Assembly: GCA_001275005.1 (NCBI GenBank)
Contig: JWZX01002735.1
Span: forward strand, 1-44,836
Length of the DNA stretch: 44,836 nucleotides
Source: Chrysochromulina tobinii
Taxonomy: Eukaryota
Reading direction: 5' to 3'
Made by a program: the position numbers and the translations under genes. Under the pieces are notes generated by a model. The model was not told the origin of the DNA and made no database searches. It was given only the letters and a program-made list of their open reading frames with translations. Of the stretch, positions 1 to 8,121 are shown piece after piece (the first letter of the stretch is position 1; the number at the start of each line of letters is the position of its first letter).

Positions 1-513
1 GGCGGGGGCAATTTTGGCGGCGGCGGCGGCAATTTCGTCGGCAACGATTACAGCGGCCTGAGCCCGGAGGACGAGTTGGCGGCGCGGCTGGCGGCAGGCG
101 AAGGCGACTTCGGAGGCGATGGAAGGTCGTCTCCGTCGGTCGACCTTGACGAGGAGCTCGCGTTCGCGCTGATGCAGCAATTCGCCGCCGACATGGAAGC
201 GGAGCTTGGGCAAGAGATCCCCGCCAACGTTCGCGCCGACCCGGCTCTCTACGATGCCTTTGTGCATGAGCGCTTCGCGGCGGCGTTGCAGGGAAACCAG
301 GACTCGGAACTCGCGCGGCGCGCCAACAACCTCATCGACAGCAGCTCGGCGGCGCAGAAGCGCGGCGGCAAGGCAGGATTCCTCGAGCAGCTGCGCAAGC
401 GCACCATGGGTGTCGCCCGGCCCATCATGGCGCAGCGCGCCATAATAAACGTGGTCGGTTCGGCGACCGACAGCAAGCGCACGAGCCTCCTTTCTGATCA
501 GGATAACGTCTGA
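1..513 (+). CDS. 3' part of a hypothetical protein (runs off window start); Gly-rich, with a UIM-like helix
   Basis: The frame of ORF 76..513 is open back to base 1 (GGGNFGGGGGNFVGNDYSGLSPEDELAARL...). Codon usage is GC3-rich, DEELAFALMQQF resembles a UIM, and the stop is TGA at 511-513. Confidence 0.65.
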   Translation, partial: GGGNFGGGGGNFVGNDYSGLSPEDELAARLAAGEGDFGGDGRSSPSVDLDEELAFALMQQFAADMEAELGQEIPANVRADPALYDAFVHERFAAALQGNQDSELARRANNLIDSSSAAQKRGGKAGFLEQLRKRTMGVARPIMAQRAIINVVGSATDSKRTSLLSDQDNV

Positions 514-1145
514 GAGGTGAACGCGCGTGCGCCATGTAAATATGTATGGGAGGGTGCAGCGTGTGCGCGTCCGGCCGAGCGGAGGACGGACTCGGTAACC
601 GCCTCTACGCTCTAGCCCCTAGGAGAGCTCGGAGCTCCCGCGTCCCACCGGACGGGACCGCGCCGAGCAGGCCCGAGGCAGCGACGCGCTCGGACGGCGG
701 CGACGCGCGCGGCCGCCCAGCCGACCGTGCTTGTGATAACAAATCGACTACAAAAGGTATAGCGGTGCTGGTGCAGGCACAAGCAGGCACACCAGACCGG
801 GGGTCGGATCGCATGCTTTAGATCACGCGTCATCTTGTTGTGCATTCGGTGCAAGTCGGCATGATAATTATGTTCTCCTCCACAGAGTGACAGTCTCCCT
901 CTCCGAGTGAGCGGTCGCTCTCGAGCAGAGAGTCCAGCGACCAAGTCCAAGACTTAGACATACTTGTAACTTGAAAGACTAGTAGTAGTACTTATGTCTT
1001 ATCATGAATCGTCTTCGTGGTGCGAGGTCTGTTCTCGCGGTTCTTGTCGGACAGTCTTCTAGCTCCTTGCTCGCGGGGGCCGAGCCGAGATCTCATCACC
1101 ACCAGAAGCTGGAGAACGGTAGAATTAATGAGTGTGTTAATTATG

Positions 1146-1327
1146 AGGGCGTGCAACCTCGCAGTTGTGCAAGCACGAGGTCACACATGTACGTCTCCTG
1201 GCAAGCCAGACGAACGTACCCCGAACAAATAATAATATGATCAGGTCCAGTCAATGACTGGATATCCGTGATCAAACGGATAAGAACAGATACTACACTT
1301 GATCTTAGCCAAGAGGCCGAGAAGAAT
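1146..1327 (-). ncRNA. U2: U2 spliceosomal snRNA
   Basis: The minus strand reads AUUCUUCUCGGCCUCUUGGCUAAGAUCAAGUGUAGUAUCUGUUCUUAUC, the conserved U2 5' end with branch-point-pairing GUAGUA (1291-1296). Stems IIa (UAUCCGU/ACGGAUA), IIb (UCCAGUC/GACUGGA), III and IV (loop with UUGCAC) all form. The 3' end is approximate. Confidence 0.96.
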
Positions 1328-1400
1328 GTCGTTGTGTAACCACTTACGACCTTTATGTACTCTTTCACTTTCATGGCCTCACACGCGGCGTTTCTTTGTC
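1328..1400 (-). promoter_or_regulatory. Putative U2 snRNA upstream promoter region with TATA-like TACATAAAG at about -25 to -32
   Basis: AT-rich stretch directly upstream of the U2 5' end; the minus strand has TACATAAAG at 1351-1359. Position only, no functional evidence. Confidence 0.3.
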
Positions 1401-2329
1401 GACCCCTCGTCGTCCTGCTTCGTCCACTCGAGCGCTTCTTCTTCGCCGCGGCCGCCGCGACGGCCACCGCCGCCACGACAATTGCCATCTACTCAGCACT
1501 GTGCATGTCCCCACGTGGGCCGACCCTTCTGCTTTTGAAGCCTACCTTGCGTCTGTCCGTGCCCAATCGCCTCGCCACAGAGAGCCCGACCGGCCAACGT
1601 CCTTAGCGCGTGAGCCAAGTCGTCTGCCGCGCGGCGCATGCTCTGTGTGCAGCTCTTGCTCGCGTTGCAGCTGACGCTCGGTCGGCGCGACGGGCGCCTC
1701 GTGCCGCGCCGGCCGGCCATCGCGCTCGCGCCACAGCGCTGCTCGCGCGAACGGGCGGCACGCTCTTCTCGTTCTGATGGAGCACTACCCGCGCGCCGTG
1801 CAGGATCCGTTTGGGCAGCTGCCGCTGAGCATACAGTGCGAGCTGGCCGCCGCAGTGCGCCGCCGCGCGCGGGTCCTCGGGTCGCCATTGCTGCCGCAAC
1901 CGCCACTGCCATCACGGACCTCATGCAGATGAGCTCCTCTGTCAGCAGCAATGGCTGCTCGCGTGCCAATTCCACTACATCATGCTCGCGCAGAAGCTCG
2001 GTCAAAACGTGACGGCGGCCGCCTCCAGCGGAGCGAGCGTATGAGTGAGGCCAGCTCGCAGCTGAGCGCAATTAGTCCACACATGGTGTGTTAAGGTCGA
2101 CTCCAATCATTTGATTCGTCAACGACTGTCTAAATACCCTAACTGAAACCCTAAGTGTTCACCACAACCTACGCGGCGACGAGCTCTCGATCTGAGCGCT
2201 AAAACTATGTGTTACGACGTGGTTGCCGCAAACGCACCGACACGCGCCTGCAAACGGCGTCCCGTTTGTAATCCGGCCTACGCGCTGTAGACATGTCCCT
2301 GTGTTCGAGAAGAATCCGCGCACTCATCA

Positions 2330-2944
2330 TCAGCGTCTTGTGGGCGAGGATGGGGGGCGTATGCTCGAATGGAATTTGCTGAACTTGGCCTTCTTATCGT
2401 CTATTTCTCTTTGCAGAGACTCGTTCGTAACCTCGACCTTTTTCGGCACGTCCAGATAGTAGCCGGTCCCGAAACCGTAGCCGAGCGCAGTCCCGTAGTC
2501 GGTCCCAAATACATACCCCTCTCGCTTCCCGACGAAGTTTTCGGCTGGAATGAACTCGGGCTTAGGCGGCTCCTGAATGACCACCTGTGCGACATCAGCT
2601 AGTGCGAAGGCTTGCGACTCTGGCTCCTCCCACAGTGTGCTGATGGGCCACAATTCCACCGGCACCTCGCCGTACCAGGAAGGCGCGACACACGTGCTCG
2701 TCGGCAGGCAGCCCGCGGAGTACCACGTCCTCATGTCGAGGCTGCTGAACGGCCCTTGCCGGACAAGCTGAACATCATCATAGTACCACAGAGTTGCATG
2801 GGCAAGCGAAGACGGCAGCGGTGGCAGAACGGAGGCCGGGGCTTCAGCGGGTGCGGCCTCTGTTGGAGCGACAGCCGCAGGCGCGGCAGCCTGTCCGGGT
2901 ACTGCCGTGATGGCTTGGTTCTCGTCGTCACGCGAGCGCTTCAT
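2330..2944 (-). CDS. GYF-domain protein
   Basis: WYYDDVQLVRQGPFSSLDMRTWYSAGCL matches the GYF consensus. The C-terminal part has an FxGxRxGYVF...GxGYYxD motif. The likely ATG is at 2944 (MKRSRDD), inside ORF 2330..3016. Confidence 0.8.
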   Translation of the reverse strand: MKRSRDDENQAITAVPGQAAAPAAVAPTEAAPAEAPASVLPPLPSSLAHATLWYYDDVQLVRQGPFSSLDMRTWYSAGCLPTSTCVAPSWYGEVPVELWPISTLWEEPESQAFALADVAQVVIQEPPKPEFIPAENFVGKREGYVFGTDYGTALGYGFGTGYYLDVPKKVEVTNESLQREIDDKKAKFSKFHSSIRPPSSPTRR

Positions 2945-3131
2945 ACATTTCCCGTAATAAAGGCGTTCGTGAACAAAGCGTGTGAACGAGCACTCTGCAC
3001 ATGGTGAAAGGGGCAACTATGAAAGAAAAGCTTGGCCCAACAAGCTTCCAAAAACTTACATGTTTAGGCACAGACTTTTGACGACTCGTCGCCTCAGGGA
3101 ATTGGATTCGGACCCCGCGCGGCCGACACAT

Positions 3132-4445
3132 ATGGAGAGCCCGGAGACACCAGCGTGCCTCGCAGGTTTAGGCATCCGGACCTGGGACGAATGCTGCAAA
3201 GTCTTTACGGTCACATGCTTCTGCTTCACTGCCAACACCATTCTGTTGCTCGGGCGCAACATCGGCGCAACCATGCTCTTAACCGGTCTCAGTGCCGATG
3301 CGCTTCCATACGTCATGGTTTTGGTGGGAGTATTCATTCTCTTCATCATGCCCATCACCGCGTACCTCGTCTCGATCTCGGACTCGGGCACTGTGCTGAC
3401 GGGAATGACCGTTTCCATGTGTGGAGTTCTCTCGGGCTTCTTCTTCATGTTCAATACAGGAATTGCCGACATGTACCCGAAGATCGTGTACCCCATGTTC
3501 TTCGTGGTTGAAGAGGTGGTCGACTCGGTGCTTATGGTACTTTTCTGGCAGATCGGCATGTTGTGCTTCACGAAGGACGAGGCCAAGCGCCTCATCGGCA
3601 TCGTCAACATGGGTGCTGCTCTAGCAAACCTGGCGAATGGTGTGACCGTCGCCGTGCTCATTCACTTTTTTAGCGCGTCTGCCATTTTGCCAGCCCAAAT
3701 GGTGCTGCTGATCGTGCAGCTGATTCCGAACTTCATCTGCCGTCGCTGGATCCCAAAAAATAAAGAGGAACCAAAGAAAGCCGATGGTTCCCCGGCGGAC
3801 GTGGTCGAGAAGGGATGCTGCGACGCCGACGCATGGTACATGAACCCGTTCACACAGCTTATCGGCGTGTGGCAATTTGCCACGGTGCTCACCTTCTCAT
3901 GCATCGAGTTCCAATACAACTCGACGCTTGCCCATTTTCTCGACGCCAACGGCATCGCCCAAGTCACTGCGAATCTCGCCTCGGTGGCGAGCGTCGGCCA
4001 GACTATCGTCAACCTCATGATCACTCCCTTTCTCCTGCAAGTAGCCGGTGTGTGGGCCGCGCTTCTCGTGACCCCGACTGCGTACGTTCTGGGTGAGTTT
4101 GGCATCATGCAAGAGCAGACGGTTCGGATGGTCTTCATCTGCCGCTCGATGGACTTCATCTTCCGCTACACCGTCTCGGACAACACGAAGCAGATCCTCT
4201 ACAAGTCAGTCCCACCCAAACAACTGATCGACGCACGAGCGTTCACAGACGGCTCCGTGAAGAAGCTCGCCCCCATGCTCCTCGGTGGGATCCTGATCGG
4301 CGTGCAGGGCTACACTGGCCTGGGAGCGTACCAGCTCGTCTTCCCCTTGGCGGTCTTTGCCATGGCGGCCTCGGCCGGCCTCGTGCCGATCGTTTTGTTC
4401 CTTGCCAAGATGGCTGATGAACAACCTAACACCGAGATGATGTAG
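3132..4445 (+). CDS. MFS-fold transporter of the NTT/TLC (ATP/ADP translocase-like) family
   Basis: About 11-12 hydrophobic segments. LFWQ...FTKDEAKRLIGIVNMGAALANL and RYTVSDNTKQILYKSVP resemble TLC/Npt-family motifs. The likely ATG is at 3132. Confidence 0.75.
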   Translation: MESPETPACLAGLGIRTWDECCKVFTVTCFCFTANTILLLGRNIGATMLLTGLSADALPYVMVLVGVFILFIMPITAYLVSISDSGTVLTGMTVSMCGVLSGFFFMFNTGIADMYPKIVYPMFFVVEEVVDSVLMVLFWQIGMLCFTKDEAKRLIGIVNMGAALANLANGVTVAVLIHFFSASAILPAQMVLLIVQLIPNFICRRWIPKNKEEPKKADGSPADVVEKGCCDADAWYMNPFTQLIGVWQFATVLTFSCIEFQYNSTLAHFLDANGIAQVTANLASVASVGQTIVNLMITPFLLQVAGVWAALLVTPTAYVLGEFGIMQEQTVRMVFICRSMDFIFRYTVSDNTKQILYKSVPPKQLIDARAFTDGSVKKLAPMLLGGILIGVQGYTGLGAYQLVFPLAVFAMAASAGLVPIVLFLAKMADEQPNTEMM

Positions 4446-5036
4446 GCGCAAGTAATTCCTCGTGTACGTCACAGTGGAGATGGAGAACGGCGCACAACGA
4501 CTGGCACATTATGCACGTCGTGGATGCTTGTCCTATGACGAACGACAACCTTAATGGTTGAGATAACATGCAGCTGCTCTTCTTTGCCGTTATTCCAGAG
4601 CTGTTTCCGTGAGTCTGAGCGATGCATGCCTTCATTCGGTAGCAGCTGCATGGAGGCGTGCATTCAGGTCCCCGCAGCTGGACTGTTGGGGATTCGAACG
4701 CGGAATGAGGAAGGTGTGGAGTGGTTCGATCATCGCGTGGTCGCGGGCGTGTGTGGGCGCGTGTCTGCACCACTCGGGGTGTCTCGGGGTGCGTGCACTC
4801 CTCCGACCGTGCGAATCGACGAGAAACGAATATATCAAGCTAAAACACCTAAACAAGGAACTCGGTACGCTTCAATTGTACTGCCGCGTAGTTCCGCCTA
4901 GCCTGCACACATGCGCACGGCATAATGGCCACCCTCCGCTCACGCCTTGATCGTTCAATCCACGTGCATAATGCTAAGCAGCTCTGAGCGCTTCGCTTCG
5001 GTCTGTCGAGCGCCTCCACGGCGGCAGCACGCGCGC

Positions 5037-7889
5037 TCACTCGGCCGCGTCATCAGACTCCTGCCCAGGCTGGCCCGTTGCGTCGGCGTCCGTCTTGGCC
5101 TTCTTCTTCATCGGGCGCGCCTTGGGTTTGGTCTCGTGGTACGCCTTGAGCACCTCCGTCGCGCCCTCGAGATTCTCCGCAGGCTCCCACGTTATCTCGC
5201 GCCATTTAGCCCACTTGACAAGGTACTCGAGCGAGGACCCGCTCCCACGGTGCGCCAGGATCGCCTCGACCTCGTACCTGATCTCCATGCGCAGCTGCGC
5301 TGCGTCGAGCTGGCCGCCGACGCAGTCTGCCATCAGGGTGACCACGATGCCGTCGCCCGACTCGTACGCAAGATGACCGCCCTCGAGCGTGCATTCGGAG
5401 ATGCGGCGCAGGTCGAGGTCGGCGCCCTCCATCTTACGCACCGGCGGATACTTGCTCGTCGTGCTCAGCTCGAGCTTGGCGCCTCCCTCCCAGCGGCGCA
5501 GGTCGAGCGCCATCAGGTAGCTCGCCTCGCCGAAATCCGCCTCCTCCATGAGCTCATCGGCGTCGGCCCAGTGGCGATAGCCGGTCACGGGCCGCGCGGC
5601 GAGCTCTTCGGAGGTGACGCCCTTCTCCGCGTACTTGGCCACCGCGCCCACGCGCACGAAACCCACACGCTCATAGAAGCCCACCGCAGCGAGCGTCGCC
5701 TGGCACACGACATATTCGTACCAGCCCTGAGCCTGCAGCTGCTGCAACGCGTAGCGCAGCACGACGCCACCGCCGCCGAGCGACACGAGAAGCCCGAGCT
5801 CGGCGATGCGCGGCCACACGACACCCGTCTTGGCAGGGTCGCCCTGCCGCTCCAGCTGCGCGAGTCGCTCAGTCAGGCTGCCGTCCTCGTCAATCTTACG
5901 CATGCCATACACCCAGCGGGAGCCGTCCGCACCGACATTGGAGGCACCCTTGTCGGAGGCCGCACAGGCCGCGGCCGCCTTGCTGCGCTTCGCACCGTTG
6001 CCGCCGCCTTGCTCCGAGCTGCCGCCGCCGCCGCCGCCGCTGCCGCCGCTGATGCTGCCGCCGCCGCCAGATGATCGCGGCTGCACTGTCGGGTTGAGGT
6101 ACTCGAAGCTCACCTCGCGCTTGCGGTCTCGCAGCTTCATCGGACGCCCCCCGAGGTGCGTGTCCGGACGGAGCTCCTGCTCCATCCCCAAGAGCCCCTG
6201 GTTGATCGCGAGCAGCGCGCTCAGCGGCAGCGCGTGCCGTGCCGCCACCTCTTGCGGGGTGTCGTCGGCCATAGGGCTCCTGTCGAGGTACGCTTCACTC
6301 GGGTCGACCAACTGTATCTCGGTGCCCGCGAGCAGCTTCGAGAAGCCGCAGATGCCCTTGTGCCGCTTCTTGTTGAGCGCGACGAGGTCGGCGCCCTTGA
6401 GGCCATGCTTGGCCGCCACCTGCGCCAGCGTCTCGTTATCCTTCTCGGCGACGTACACGCCCGGCTCCACTCGAAGTTGCTCCAGAGCCTCGCCATTGCG
6501 CAGCCGCGCGTTCCAAATGCGAGCGGCTGGTAGACCCGACTCGGCCGAGCGCGAATCCCACTCAAAATCGGCCGACCAGGTGGTGAAGGTCGTCAGCGTA
6601 ATGTACCCCTGCAGCCAGCCGTTCTCTGCGTCGCGCACCTGCCAACCCCACAGCGGGTCGTCGAAGTCGAGCCGCTGCGCCACGTAAGCCGTGGGCATGG
6701 GCGTGGGCGCCGGGTCCAGCTTGAGCGATTCGCCGTGACGGCGCGTCGCCTCCTCCGTGACGGCCATCAGCTCGCCGAGCGCCAGGAACCATTCGACGCG
6801 TCCACTCGGCGCTACAAGCGTCGTGCCGGTCAGGTCACGCGAGCTCTGAACCTGAGCCATCGTGTACTCGGCCGTCTTGGGCAGCTTAGCGGCTGCGGCC
6901 GCCCAGAACTGTGCGGTGACCTTGGCCGCCTCCGCCGCGGCCGCCTCGTCGAGGGCGGCCATGGCCTCCTGCGCCTCTCGCAGGCGCTTCTTCGTCATCT
7001 TGGGCGGCGCCTTGCCGCCGGGCGCCTGGCTGCAATCGAGCCTGAGCACGAGCTTGATCTCATGACCCTCGTCGTCCTCGGCCTTGAGCACCTTGCGGTT
7101 GCGCCGATCAGCCTCACGCGCCGTCTTGGCAGCCGCGCGCGACGCCTCGCGCTCGAGACGCGCCTTCTCCGCCGCTGCCGCCTTCTCCGCCGACTTGGCC
7201 TCCGCCGCCGCCGCCTTCTCCGCCGCCTTCGCCTCCAGGGCCGCCGCCTTGGCCGCTTCCTTCTCCGCCGCCTTCGCCTCCAGGGCCGCCGCCTTGGCCG
7301 CTTCCTTCTCGGCGCGAGCCTGTTCTGCAGCTCGCGCCTTCCCGAGCGCGCGCGCCTCCACTGCCGCCGCCTTCTCCGCCTCCTTGGCCTCCGCTAGCGC
7401 TGCCTTCTCCGCGGTCTTCGCCTCCGCCGCCGATGCCTTCGCCGCTGCGTTGGCCTCCGCCCGTTGACGTTTCTCCTCCGATTTCGCCTCCACCCTTTCC
7501 CGCTTCTCCTCCTCGGTGAGCTTGGGCAACTTGGGCGACGTGGGCGGCTTCGGCGGCTTCGGCGGCTTCGGCGGCTTCGGTGAGACCTCCTTTTTCGCCT
7601 TCTTGGTGCTGGGTGCCGCGATGGGCAGCCGGAAGCCCTTGCAATCTGCGGTACGCCGCCAATCGGTGCCCTCGTCCTCCCACGTGAACCAATCCACCCA
7701 AGTGTCTCCATTTGGCCCCTCAATCTCAGCGGAGAAGGTCGAGTCCAGGCACATCACCTGGATCGTGGCTGGCACCCAGACTGCGTCGCCGTCGACCTCA
7801 ATCTCGACCTCAACCATCTGGCCCTCAAAGGGCCAAATCCAATCGGCGGGCGGAGGTGTCGACGGGCCGCTCGCGCTCGCTTCTGCCAT
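5037..7889 (-). CDS. Putative chromatin protein: Tudor/Agenet-like N-terminus, Ala/Lys/Glu coiled coil, GNAT acetyltransferase interrupted by two LysM-like repeats, C-terminal chromodomain
   Basis: 950-aa ORF. Motifs: GQMVEVEIEVDGDAVWVPATI...DWRR (Tudor-like); NETLAQVAAKHGLKGADLVALN and DDTPQEVAARHALPLSALLAIN (LysM-like); GGGGVVLRYAL...QATLAAVGFYERVGFVRVG (GNAT motifs A/B); YEVEAILAHR...EYLVKWAKWREITWEPAENL (chromo). Confidence 0.85.
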   Translation of the reverse strand: MAEASASGPSTPPPADWIWPFEGQMVEVEIEVDGDAVWVPATIQVMCLDSTFSAEIEGPNGDTWVDWFTWEDEGTDWRRTADCKGFRLPIAAPSTKKAKKEVSPKPPKPPKPPKPPTSPKLPKLTEEEKRERVEAKSEEKRQRAEANAAAKASAAEAKTAEKAALAEAKEAEKAAAVEARALGKARAAEQARAEKEAAKAAALEAKAAEKEAAKAAALEAKAAEKAAAAEAKSAEKAAAAEKARLEREASRAAAKTAREADRRNRKVLKAEDDEGHEIKLVLRLDCSQAPGGKAPPKMTKKRLREAQEAMAALDEAAAAEAAKVTAQFWAAAAAKLPKTAEYTMAQVQSSRDLTGTTLVAPSGRVEWFLALGELMAVTEEATRRHGESLKLDPAPTPMPTAYVAQRLDFDDPLWGWQVRDAENGWLQGYITLTTFTTWSADFEWDSRSAESGLPAARIWNARLRNGEALEQLRVEPGVYVAEKDNETLAQVAAKHGLKGADLVALNKKRHKGICGFSKLLAGTEIQLVDPSEAYLDRSPMADDTPQEVAARHALPLSALLAINQGLLGMEQELRPDTHLGGRPMKLRDRKREVSFEYLNPTVQPRSSGGGGSISGGSGGGGGGSSEQGGGNGAKRSKAAAACAASDKGASNVGADGSRWVYGMRKIDEDGSLTERLAQLERQGDPAKTGVVWPRIAELGLLVSLGGGGVVLRYALQQLQAQGWYEYVVCQATLAAVGFYERVGFVRVGAVAKYAEKGVTSEELAARPVTGYRHWADADELMEEADFGEASYLMALDLRRWEGGAKLELSTTSKYPPVRKMEGADLDLRRISECTLEGGHLAYESGDGIVVTLMADCVGGQLDAAQLRMEIRYEVEAILAHRGSGSSLEYLVKWAKWREITWEPAENLEGATEVLKAYHETKPKARPMKKKAKTDADATGQPGQESDDAAE
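7190..7310. repeat. In-frame 39-bp tandem repeat in the coiled-coil region (AEKEAAKAAALEAKA)
   Basis: CTTCTCCGCCGCCTTCGCCTCCAGGGCCGCCGCCTTGGCCGCTTC-type unit repeated at about 7215-7310. Confidence 0.7.
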
Positions 7890-8029
7890 CAGAGCACACG
7901 ATGACCACTTGCCAGCGGCAAGCCGTGGCCAATTTGTCGCACCGGCGCGCCTAGGCCGGACAACTGCATCGCGGGAAATCGCTCGAACGCCAGTTCATTA
8001 TGAATCGCACCGTCCGTCCATTACACAAG

Positions 8030-8085
8030 GGCAGAAACAATGCCGTAGCACCGGTTGTCGCGTCTGTCGTGTTAACGTTCACACG
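8030..8085 (+). repeat. 56-bp dispersed repeat, copy 1 (copy 2 inverted at 34085-34140)
   Basis: GGCAGAAACAATGCCGTAGCACCGGTTGTCGCGTCTGTCGTGTTAACGTTCACACG matches the reverse complement of 34085-34140 at 54 of 56 positions. Confidence 0.9.
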
Positions 8086-8121
8086 GGATCCGTCTATTCA
8101 TAAAGCCCTTTCGCCAAGCAC

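Noticed and set aside
1141..2071. Overlapping ORFs 1141..1488, 1493..2071, 1603..1899 and 1638..2012
   Set aside because: They are Ala/Arg-rich with no recognisable domain and no consistent frame, and 1141..1488 overlaps the U2 gene. A decayed or spliced gene is possible but cannot be supported.
2130..2156. CCCTAA words (ACCCTAAC, AAACCCTAAG) as interstitial telomere repeats
   Set aside because: Only two non-tandem units, which is compatible with chance.
4947..7467. Plus-strand ORFs 4947..6074, 5806..6687 and 6735..7397
   Set aside because: Antisense shadows of the GC-rich 5037..7889 gene.
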